A DNA stretch of 64,000 nucleotides, taken from contig CAWJQQ010000002.1 of assembly GCA_963845065.1 (NCBI GenBank), positions 96,001 to 160,000 of the forward strand, in the 5' to 3' direction. The notes under the pieces were generated by a model that worked only from the letters and a program-made list of their open reading frames with translations, was not told the DNA's origin and did no database searches. How positions within the stretch are numbered: position 1 is the stretch's first letter; each line of letters begins with the position of its first letter. The stretch is from Nitrospirota bacterium. Its GTDB lineage: Bacteria; Nitrospirota; UBA9217. Below, piece after piece: positions 1 to 8,164 of this stretch. The translations under genes were made by a program, and so were the position numbers.

Positions 1-2
1 CT

Positions 3-212
3 GCCTATGGTGCAGAGAGCCAGCAGTTCCGGACATATGATACTCATCTGCGCGAGCTTTCCGATATGATCGACTGGAAACTCCAGCTCTTGATGAAGGC
101 CTGTCCCTATGAGTGGAGGGAAGCCGGTTCAGATATCGAGAGGGACGTCCAGGTTGAAGGTCTTGTCAGAATGCCGGATGTCGATTTCTCCGGAGGGTAC
201 GTCGGCGGATAG
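3..212 (+). CDS. 3' end of a hypothetical protein (5'-truncated by the window edge)
   Basis: Open frame AYGAESQQF...DFSGGYVGG* ending TAG at 210-212, followed by a terminator. Confidence 0.7.
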   Translation, partial: AYGAESQQFRTYDTHLRELSDMIDWKLQLLMKACPYEWREAGSDIERDVQVEGLVRMPDVDFSGGYVGG

Positions 213-236
213 GATTTCCATTCCATCTAATCGTAT

Positions 237-272
237 AAAAAAACCGGCGAAAAATTTTCGCCGGTTTTTTTT
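237..272. terminator. Bidirectional intrinsic terminator
   Basis: A-tract, CCGGCGAAAA/TTTTCGCCGG stem and T-tract between convergent genes. Confidence 0.85.
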
Positions 273-304
273 CTCTTGTGAAGGCAGTGCCTTTCCCCCC
301 AAAA

Positions 305-874
305 TTAGTACGTCCTCGTGCCTCTAGCTTTTTCTGGCCTTTTCGTTGTTGTATGCAAAATCATACCGATCAATTTATTGAGCGGATTAGACCGTTCGAG
401 AAACGAGATAGGAGGTTGTTTCCGTTTCCCCATCCCGCGCAATTCCTGGTGCAAATCAGCGTTTCCGCTATCATGCTTGATTCCTGTGGTAAATGCATTG
501 ATCGCATCCTGCTTCTTTCCTGCTGCAAGATATGCCCTCCCCAAATTAAGATAGAATAGTGAGTAAAGATTTTCTTTTTCTTCCTCCTCACTGTTCCTTA
601 GAAGAGCAATGGCCTGTTTGCACGTTTCTATGCCGCTGCGGTACTTTTTATCCACCAAGGTCTGTAAACAGCCAAAATAGGAGAGAACTACAGGATTACG
701 GGGATAGCACACCGCAGCCCGCTGCAGGAGAACGAATGCTTCCTTTTGTCTTCCATCTCTCAAATTGGTTTTCGCAAGGCGCAGAAACTGCGCCGCAGTC
801 ATTTCCTTTGCTGATCCATGCCGCGCCTGAATGCTTCCCCTCGCGGATGCCTTATGTTTCTGGTCATCAATCAT
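305..874 (-). CDS. Tetratricopeptide-repeat protein
   Basis: TPR-like helices, e.g. FYLNLGRAYLAAGKKQDAINAFTTGI. Confidence 0.75.
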   Translation of the reverse strand: MIDDQKHKASARGSIQARHGSAKEMTAAQFLRLAKTNLRDGRQKEAFVLLQRAAVCYPRNPVVLSYFGCLQTLVDKKYRSGIETCKQAIALLRNSEEEEKENLYSLFYLNLGRAYLAAGKKQDAINAFTTGIKHDSGNADLHQELRGMGKRKQPPISFLERSNPLNKLIGMILHTTTKRPEKARGTRTY

Positions 875-1052
875 AAGTATATTTTAGCACAACAGGCAAC
901 AGGGATTCGAAGTACAGGGAAAAAAGGACTTGGAAATTAATAACAAGGTTTTCTCACAACTTGAATCAATTGACTGTATTCAAGCATAGTGGCCTGGAAC
1001 CATTTTCAGAATATTTTTTTTGATTTGAATCGTATCGTGCACTGCATCAACG

Positions 1053-1511
1053 TCACACTTCAACTTTTACTACGATCTTCGTAACAGCCGAGGCTTTCCC
1101 GAACGCTAATCTCGGGGCATGTCCGTCCTCGGGGTAGAACACTACAACCCGTCCAGCCTGAAGAGAGAGGGGCGTCCAATCCCCTGCTTCCGCGGAGCCA
1201 AAAGCGACGTCTTTATCGGCATCGTACGCTTCAGTGATTCTTATGCCCTCTACTGGCACCCAGCCGATGATCTCCTTGCCGGATGCGATAAACTGAACGT
1301 CGATATATTTTTTGTGGTACTCGAACTTCGGGGATCCCGTGTCAATTGTCTCATACCGCTGTACGATTGCAAATACTTTTTGGCCGTCAATCTGTATCCT
1401 CCCGTCGGAAAGGTCGTGCATACCGCGTAAACGCAAAAACTCGATCGCCTTCTCAAAAGATAGCGTCCTCGCAAGCTGGTGCCCGATGTGTTTGAGGTCA
1501 GATACGATCAC
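1053..1511 (-). CDS. YhcH/YjgK/YiaL family protein
   Basis: EYHKKYIDVQF and FYPEDGHAP motifs. Confidence 0.85.
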   Translation of the reverse strand: MIVSDLKHIGHQLARTLSFEKAIEFLRLRGMHDLSDGRIQIDGQKVFAIVQRYETIDTGSPKFEYHKKYIDVQFIASGKEIIGWVPVEGIRITEAYDADKDVAFGSAEAGDWTPLSLQAGRVVVFYPEDGHAPRLAFGKASAVTKIVVKVEV

Positions 1512-1691
1512 AGTGAAGCTCCTTGCCCAACCTTTCCGGATTAAATCAGTTCGCGAACAAGTTCGACTTTGCTTGAAGATGGAAACAATCTCGATTCATG
1601 GCATTTTAATGCCAAAATAATTAGCGTATGTTTGCATTTTCGCGATCAAGGTTTTTCGTTGTCTTTAAAAATATATTTTTTAATTATTTCG

Positions 1692-2408
1692 CTACAGTCC
1701 CTTTGCGATCTGGTCCTTAATGAATCCCCTGATAAAAACCTTGTCCTCCGGGCCGATGCTGGTGAACTGCATCCCCATGCCCGGTTGTTTGTGTTGCCCG
1801 CCGATTTTCACCGAACTGTAGTGAACTTCAGCCTTCACTGTGACTTGTCTATTTGTAAAGAAGATCTTAAGGGTCAGGATAGTTTTCACCGCCTCAGGCG
1901 TCAGTGTCTGTATGTATAAGCCGCCCTCGGACAGGGACGTCACAGTTTCCATCCGTTTGCCCGCGCCCGATGCCGTCCCATTGCCTACCTCGACTTTGAG
2001 AGACGTTTCGATGCGTATGGTGCTGCGCGGTGTTGCTTCAGTAGCCGCCTGGATTGCCCGGTATAGGGCGTCCGGCTCAGCGGGTTTATTAAAATATCCT
2101 ATGCAGCCCATGGCCTTGCATTCTGCCTGGACGCCATCTATGCTGTTGGAAGCGTGAATGATAACGGGGATGGCCTTCAGCCGGGGGTCCTTCCTTATCT
2201 CTTTCAGGAAGGCCATGCCGCTCATGTTAGGAAGTGTTGTATCGGTAATGACAAGTGCGGGCAGTGATTCACTCATCGCCCGCAGCGCAAGTTCTGCTGT
2301 GGTGGCAGTACGTACGGTGTATTTGAGCTTTCTAAACATCGTCGCCATATAGAACAGATACGTGGCGCTACTGTCAACAATCATTAGAGAATGCTTCTGA
2401 CTATCCAT
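1692..2408 (-). CDS. Response-regulator receiver domain fused to a PilZ domain
   Basis: N-terminal REC (MIVDSS...LVITDTTLPNMSG...KP); C-terminal RSTIR (RxxxR) and SLSEGG PilZ motifs; GGAGG RBS before ATG at 2408. Confidence 0.8.
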   Translation of the reverse strand: MDSQKHSLMIVDSSATYLFYMATMFRKLKYTVRTATTAELALRAMSESLPALVITDTTLPNMSGMAFLKEIRKDPRLKAIPVIIHASNSIDGVQAECKAMGCIGYFNKPAEPDALYRAIQAATEATPRSTIRIETSLKVEVGNGTASGAGKRMETVTSLSEGGLYIQTLTPEAVKTILTLKIFFTNRQVTVKAEVHYSSVKIGGQHKQPGMGMQFTSIGPEDKVFIRGFIKDQIAKGL

Positions 2409-2654
2409 GTGAAACCTCCAATCCGCAAAAAAGCCTGTAGCCCGAGAAACCAACTGGCCACAGTTCAGCACCGCAAAAGTTAAAATTCGATTGGCCCGAG
2501 AATTGCGGATGACCTATACCTGGTAGTTACTGTACCTTAGGGACAGATAAATAGCAAGAACCGATGGGGTATTTTGGGGGGATGGGGGTTTCTAGCGTTT
2601 TTTTCTAACTGTTTTTTTTTCGGACTGTTTCTGTGAGTTCGCTCGTTCTTACCG

Positions 2655-3161
2655 TTACCTGCTTTGGAAATGTTTCAGCAGCTCTTCCCTGTATTCCTCC
2701 GCTGTCGCCTTCCCCCTTCCGCTTTTTATCGCGTAGAGGTAATTTTCGAAGTGGCTCTTAAGCTCGTCGAGCGTTTGGCACGTCTTCAGTGATTCTATGA
2801 GCGACAAGCCCATCGCTCCTACCGCATCATTGAGCGTGTTAACCATGAAGGCTTTTGCCAGTTTTATCTTTTCCTTTTCTTCATCAGGCGTGATTACACC
2901 GGCAGGGACTCCGGTCTTTTTCATGATGAAACCTTTTTGCTCTAGGTCTGCCAGCACCGCGGCCACCCCTTCCAGCGTCGAGAATTGCTTGAAAATGTCC
3001 GCCCGTGTTTTTTTCCCGTCGACAACTATGAGGAGCGTGCGAAACTTCTGAGGCAGTCCGTTTTTTCTTGTCTGGATCTCCTCAACGCCTTTCTCAGTCT
3101 TCTCGTAAACAATCGCCTCATCTGACTGTTGATTCATGTTGTCGCCCATTGTATCTCCCAT
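2655..3161 (-). CDS. Conserved hypothetical protein
   Basis: 168-aa ORF with KTEKGVEEI...RTLLIVVDGK motif; start may be one of several nearby Met codons. Confidence 0.7.
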   Translation of the reverse strand: MGDTMGDNMNQQSDEAIVYEKTEKGVEEIQTRKNGLPQKFRTLLIVVDGKKTRADIFKQFSTLEGVAAVLADLEQKGFIMKKTGVPAGVITPDEEKEKIKLAKAFMVNTLNDAVGAMGLSLIESLKTCQTLDELKSHFENYLYAIKSGRGKATAEEYREELLKHFQSR

Positions 3162-3301
3162 GAATTATTCATCGTTCTCGTTCGACCTGAGAAGACCTCA
3201 TAAAACCATTTTATCACTGCTCTATTTTCCCGCTCTTCTGCATGCAGGCCGGCCAGAAGGTATATGTATTTCCTTTTCGCGGCCCAATGACGTTTCCACA
3301 T

Positions 3302-6274
3302 CTAGCGCCAGCCTAACCGAACGCGTCGGTTTTGAATTTCTGACTTAACGAGGTCTGCTACGCCGCCAATGGTATCGGCGAATTCTCTATAATCCTTTTC
3401 AGAAGCAGGAAGGAAACCGGTACAATCTTTCCCAAGCGATTGAAGGATCTGGATGTCCTTTTCATTTGTCGTGTTAAGGGACGTCAGTATGGTTCTTAGG
3501 CGTTCCCGCGTTTCGTCATCAACAGAAGAATTGCAGCATATATTGAATTCCGGTATCTCGATGGAGACCGTGAGTATTCGCAAGCCATCAGCCAGATGCT
3601 TCTGTGCTGCTTCTTCGATGAGTACGGCTGCATCGATGTTCCCGTCGAGCACGGCTTTGATCAGCTGGTCATGCTTTCCGATGAATTCAATGTGTCTGAG
3701 ATCTGCAGCCGTCATGCCGGCATCCTTCAGCATCGCAAGCGGAATAGCATGGCTGGTCGCTGACCCGATGCTGCCGAAAGCAAAACGTTTTCCCTTTAAG
3801 TCGGTCACCGACTGAATGGGAGAATTTTTCCGGACCACGATGGCAGCGCGGTGGAATGGTTTTTCCTTCCGAAGTGCTTTCGCAATGACGATGACACCGT
3901 ATTTCCTCTGCGCTTCGACGTAGTTTGTCGGGCCCATGGCGCAGATTTGCGTTATGTTATCGCCCAGGTCCTTCTCGGCGCTTTCCATGTCGATTGCCAC
4001 CTTCAAATCGACTCGCCTGTCAAGTTGCGCGGCAAGATGGTCAGAGAGCGGTTTGAATTTTTTGTACATTTCCGACGGTTCCTGGAGCGGTACGACTCCG
4101 AAACGAAGCGAGAGGCCCCTTGTTTCGTGAAACGAGAACCGCTCCATCTCTGCCCCGAGAAGTTCCGCATCTTTCTGAAGATTCCAGAGCGTTTTGCTGA
4201 TGTTGAAGGCAAGGTTCTCGTTTTCCACGGGAATATCTTTGACAGCATCGATGCTTCTTTGTATACTTCGCGACGCGTTCCGGTGTTCGCTGAGAGACCT
4301 TGAGATCTGATTGCTTCTTTCTGAAGCATCCTGGGTGGTCTGTGCGATCTGTTCGCTGCTCGCTGCCTGCTCTTCCGTTGCTTTACTTACCTGGGCGGTG
4401 AGCTTTTTCATGTTTTCCGCCGCCTCTGCGATGAGGGTTACTTCCCGCGACTGTTCGCCAGTGGTCCTGGCGATATCACCGACCATTTTTTTCACATGCC
4501 TGGAGGCTTCTTCCACGAGTGCCGTCGATTTTACCTGCTCTTCAGTGGCCCTGCGGATGGAGAGGGTCATTGCTGAAGCCCGCTTCGAACTGTCCAGGAT
4601 CCTCCTGAGCGCGTCCTCCCCGGCCTTCGCAAGCCGCGTTCCCTCTTCTACAACGGGAATGCCTCGCTTTACCAGTTTTCCTGCATCGTTCATTTCCCGC
4701 TGGACGGCTTGTATGAGTGCTGCGATCTCCCGTGTTGAATTCTCGGTCTTGTCCGAGAGGTCCTTGATTTTTTTGGCCACGACTGCGAACCCCTTGCCGT
4801 GCTCGCCTGCCTGAGCCGCAAGGATTGCCGCGTTCAATGACAGCAGATTCGTTTCCTCGTTGACCGACTCGATCACGCCGACGATCATTTCAATTTCCTG
4901 CGATCTCTTTCCCAGTGATTCGATGGCCGCGGCGGAATCGTTGGCCGACAGCGCTATCTCTTTCATGCCCGCGATCGTTTTCATGATCGAATCAAGCCCG
5001 ATCGTCGCTGCCTCGGTGGTCACTTGTTCTGAAAGGTCCGCCGATTCTTTTGCATGGGTCTCGACCTCCCGAACAGACGCCGCAATCTGGATGATAGCTG
5101 TGCTGGTCTCCACCGACGCGTCCTCCAAATCCTCGGAATTTTTGGCCACGGTGCGGATGGCATTCGAGAGCTGTTCGATAGAGACTGTCGTCGATGACGC
5201 GAGTCCATTCAGATCCTGGATGCTGGCGTTGATCATCTTGATGCTTGCGGCCATTTGCTCGATCGCGGAGGAAACGGACTCCGATGCGGACACGAGGCCA
5301 TCCGTATTGCCGGCTATCTCGTCAATGGTGGCGTTCAGTTCCGCGACAGCGCTCGATATGGCGCTTGTTGCTTCCGCTTCCGTTTCAGACCCGGAAAGAA
5401 CTTTTTCCGTCGTCTTTTCAACCTCGACGACGACCGAGTGTATCCTGCCCGACAGCTCCTTGATCCGCTGGAGCACCCCCTCCATGGTTATAAAGGACTG
5501 CTTCAGGAGCATTCCAGCCCGCCCGATCTCGTCACCGCTTTCTAACGTCACATCGAATGTCAGGTCTCCCTGCGAAACTTTCCTGGCCGCCTGCTCGATA
5601 GATTTGATCGGTGCGATAATTGATCTTCGTACGATGAATAGATTGATGATGACAATGAGACATATTGCTGCACCAAGCAGCACGTCGAGCGATACAAGTA
5701 TTGACCGATACGCACCAACCGACCTTTCAAAAGTCATTGTGCCGCTTCTGTCACCCTCATCATTGAGCGATTGCAGCTGGCCCATGATCGATGCAAATCG
5801 TTCATCAGCCATGGCCAGGACCTGCCGGACTAAAACCGCATCAGGTTTCTTCACGTCGCGAACGCGCTCGATCAACTGCTGGTATTGTTGCAAATCGGAG
5901 ATAAGGTTACGATATGTATTCTGTGATTCTGCAGTCAAGCGGCCAGAACCGGCCGCAGCCGTCAGCGTTTGATTAATGGACTGCAAGGTGGCCTCGTCCT
6001 TTTGCAGAAGGTTCACCCGATCCGCATTTGATCCCGCGTTGGTGTTTCGAAATAAACGCAAAAGGTCCGCATGAGTATTCGCAATATCATAGGTAATGGT
6101 TGCATTTCGTTCCACATCCTTGAATTGATAGGAATAGAGTTCTGCAGAGATTTCCTTTTGGCGGGTTAGTCCGGAGATGGCAATTACTGTCAGACAGCCA
6201 ACAATGGAAATGAAGACAAGTGATGTTAAAAGAAGTTTTGTCGAAATAGAGAGATTTTTTACAGCGCGCCACAT
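3302..6274 (-). CDS. Methyl-accepting chemotaxis protein with a C-terminal PhnD-like (phosphate/phosphonate) substrate-binding domain
   Basis: Two TM helices, HAMP, MCP core TNLLSLNAAILAAQAGEHGKGFAVVA, then LRFGVVP...DLKGKRFAFGSIGSATSH. Confidence 0.85.
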   Translation of the reverse strand: MWRAVKNLSISTKLLLTSLVFISIVGCLTVIAISGLTRQKEISAELYSYQFKDVERNATITYDIANTHADLLRLFRNTNAGSNADRVNLLQKDEATLQSINQTLTAAAGSGRLTAESQNTYRNLISDLQQYQQLIERVRDVKKPDAVLVRQVLAMADERFASIMGQLQSLNDEGDRSGTMTFERSVGAYRSILVSLDVLLGAAICLIVIINLFIVRRSIIAPIKSIEQAARKVSQGDLTFDVTLESGDEIGRAGMLLKQSFITMEGVLQRIKELSGRIHSVVVEVEKTTEKVLSGSETEAEATSAISSAVAELNATIDEIAGNTDGLVSASESVSSAIEQMAASIKMINASIQDLNGLASSTTVSIEQLSNAIRTVAKNSEDLEDASVETSTAIIQIAASVREVETHAKESADLSEQVTTEAATIGLDSIMKTIAGMKEIALSANDSAAAIESLGKRSQEIEMIVGVIESVNEETNLLSLNAAILAAQAGEHGKGFAVVAKKIKDLSDKTENSTREIAALIQAVQREMNDAGKLVKRGIPVVEEGTRLAKAGEDALRRILDSSKRASAMTLSIRRATEEQVKSTALVEEASRHVKKMVGDIARTTGEQSREVTLIAEAAENMKKLTAQVSKATEEQAASSEQIAQTTQDASERSNQISRSLSEHRNASRSIQRSIDAVKDIPVENENLAFNISKTLWNLQKDAELLGAEMERFSFHETRGLSLRFGVVPLQEPSEMYKKFKPLSDHLAAQLDRRVDLKVAIDMESAEKDLGDNITQICAMGPTNYVEAQRKYGVIVIAKALRKEKPFHRAAIVVRKNSPIQSVTDLKGKRFAFGSIGSATSHAIPLAMLKDAGMTAADLRHIEFIGKHDQLIKAVLDGNIDAAVLIEEAAQKHLADGLRILTVSIEIPEFNICCNSSVDDETRERLRTILTSLNTTNEKDIQILQSLGKDCTGFLPASEKDYREFADTIGGVADLVKSEIQNRRVRLGWR

Positions 6275-6619
6275 AGTGTCACTTCCATTGAATTTCGGTA
6301 GACGCTAGCGTGTGCATTTCGCTGCTGGTCATTTTTTACCGCGATATCCCGACTCTTATAGGAGAGCAGGCCTTCAGAATAGAGGATGCCCGGGAAACTT
6401 TCCTTTGCCCGGCATTGATTAATCGCGTTTCCATTCGAAGCATACTTTTAACAAATTGAAAGATAAAAAAGCCCTAAAAAAACCTTTTTGTTACATTAAA
6501 GTACTATAGTATTTTGAAAAAGGCAAGGGATTTACTGAATTTTAAATTTGCAACTTGCGTGTTCTAAAGAATTATTATTATATGGCTAGTTGCGAGGCGT
6601 TGCAACAAGAACACTAATC

Positions 6620-6676
6620 ATGCGACGCACCGGTTTAGCCGGTGGCTTAAAAAGCCTAATATTGAGGCATAGTTAC
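6620..6676. mobile_element. Probable solo IS200/IS605-type terminal hairpin remnant
   Basis: ATGCGACG-CACCGG-TTTAG-CCGGTG-GCTTAAAAAGCC double hairpin resembling IS200 ends; no ORF nearby. Confidence 0.4.
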
Positions 6677-6760
6677 GTGCTCTGTCAATAAGCGGTATCT
6701 ATTCTTTCTGTAAGGAATGCCCACTTCATTACTAATTATTATAGTTAATACAAATTTAAC

Positions 6761-6789
6761 TTGACAGCTCAGCAAATAAACAGTATAAT
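6761..6789 (+). promoter_or_regulatory. Perfect-consensus sigma70 promoter
   Basis: TTGACA-17 nt-TATAAT with an AT-rich upstream tract. Confidence 0.85.
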
Positions 6790-6865
6790 ATGTTCTAGAA
6801 TATAAATAATTGTCAGACATTTTCATGCTGTCGCATGCATAACTAATGGCACAAGGAGGACTTTT

Positions 6866-7081
6866 ATGATGACCCTGGCAGAAATGGTAGTGAAAAATAT
6901 AAATGGAAAAGTGCCGCTCGGCGTTCTGCTCCTCGCCGACGAAGTTATAATTCCTCAGGATCTTGACTTAGCCCTCGAACACCAGAAATACAGTAAAGAG
7001 CGGCTCGGTGAAATATTGATCAAGATCGGCGCAATGGAACATAATGATCTCGATAAGGCCTTGAAGCTGCAGAGCAGATAG
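6866..7081 (+). CDS. Stand-alone MshEN-type (putative c-di-GMP-binding) small protein
   Basis: Tandem 24-aa motifs PLGVLLLADEVIIPQDLDLALEHQ and RLGEILIKIGAMEHNDLDKALKLQ with a 5-aa spacer; AAGGAGG RBS. Confidence 0.75.
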   Translation: MMTLAEMVVKNINGKVPLGVLLLADEVIIPQDLDLALEHQKYSKERLGEILIKIGAMEHNDLDKALKLQSR

Positions 7082-7400
7082 CTTTCTCACAAGGAAATGA
7101 TTACCAGTATTGAGCAACAAAGGTTGTCGCTTGTATCATCAAGCAAGCGCCAAACGTCCGATCGGGGAGATCCACGTTCCCTGTTCGAGGTGCAGCATTC
7201 CATCTGCGCCCTAGGCAAAGAACAGTCGTCGCTTAGCCTGCCAGGCTGATGGAATAAGTAAAACATCAATGAGCTTTCAGCTGCTCTATTGTGACTCAGA
7301 ATAACCCTAGTAGTCCAAAATGGTCTATTCAGATTGAACTCCTTAGCAACTTCGCTTCAAACAAGATAATTTTAACCCTTTATTATCAGTCTCTTCATTC

Positions 7401-7416
7401 TGGCAGCACTTTTGCT
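7401..7416 (+). promoter_or_regulatory. Putative sigma54 -24/-12 promoter
   Basis: TGGCAG-CACTT-TTGCT (GG-N10-GC) upstream of the ORF at 7533. Confidence 0.5.
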
Positions 7417-7532
7417 TCATTATTATATAAGTTTAGTACTCCAATGTGCTTGTGAATATTCTTCGACTGCATTAAAGACGTGCTTGCAAAAAAAAATTTT
7501 GTTTCAGAATGGCCGAAGATTAGGGAGGAAAC

Positions 7533-7880
7533 ATGAAAATCTTACAAAATATCTTAATTCGCTTCGTATTGATTAGTGTATTGTTGCTGGCCGGTTTTGC
7601 GGCCGGTTTCCCGATCGGGCAGAGCGTTGGATTTTCCACGGGCAGTGAGTGGGCGATTATTCAGGCGGACCTTGTGGCGCGAGAAGCGGGTTTGTTAATG
7701 CCTATTACCTATGAAGCGGGAAAATTCCGTGTCGTCATCAAACAGCCGCCGCACCTGTATAGACACGCATGGAGACTTGCCGACCGGCACGACACAGCAA
7801 TGAACTATGTAAATACAGGCGAGAAGACGTTGAGTGAAACTATTGGCCTGACGAGAAACACCGATTATATTACCCAATAG
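7533..7880 (+). CDS. Hypothetical exported or membrane-anchored protein
   Basis: GGGAGG RBS, N-terminal hydrophobic segment. Confidence 0.7.
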   Translation: MKILQNILIRFVLISVLLLAGFAAGFPIGQSVGFSTGSEWAIIQADLVAREAGLLMPITYEAGKFRVVIKQPPHLYRHAWRLADRHDTAMNYVNTGEKTLSETIGLTRNTDYITQ

Positions 7881-8164
7881 TGATGGCTCTTACTGCGAAG
7901 CCGGATTATCCGCAACTGCTTTTTATTATGCAATCAGTCGTGCTCATGCTCGCGCTCTGGGAGTTGCGTTTCCGTGGTTTGAATTCTACGGTCATGAACA
8001 TAACCGCAAAAGCGATTGCAGCGGCGGTTTCGCGGTTGAATGACGAATGCTGCTGAAAATTTTGGCTCTCAGCTCGGCTTGCTGCCGTCTAACGAAAGAA
8101 GCGTTGAAGGCGGCGGTCTCAGTGCGTTTTACGTCTAGCATGGGGAATGCGCGGACAGTATAGT

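Noticed and set aside
2410..2520. Repeated CCGCAAAA...CCCGAGAA words and ATCCGCAA/TTGCGGAT pairing in the REC-PilZ leader
   Set aside because: Short matches with unequal spacing; no recognisable riboswitch consensus.
4860..5972. Long plus-strand ORFs opposite the MCP (also those opposite ftsY, the fumarase genes, the CNNM gene, dxr and the NtrX-like gene)
   Set aside because: Antisense shadows of well-supported genes.
6380..6420. Possible c-di-GMP-I riboswitch upstream of the MCP (GGGCAAA...hairpin)
   Set aside because: Only one hairpin; the second stem and conserved GCAAA/tetraloop-receptor elements are not evident.
7097..7250. ~50-codon plus-strand ORF after the MshEN gene
   Set aside because: Weak RBS and no recognisable protein features.
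7995..8045. attC-like hairpin (CATAAC...GTTGAAT)
   Set aside because: Too short, ends not complementary as in true attC sites, and no integrase or cassette array nearby.
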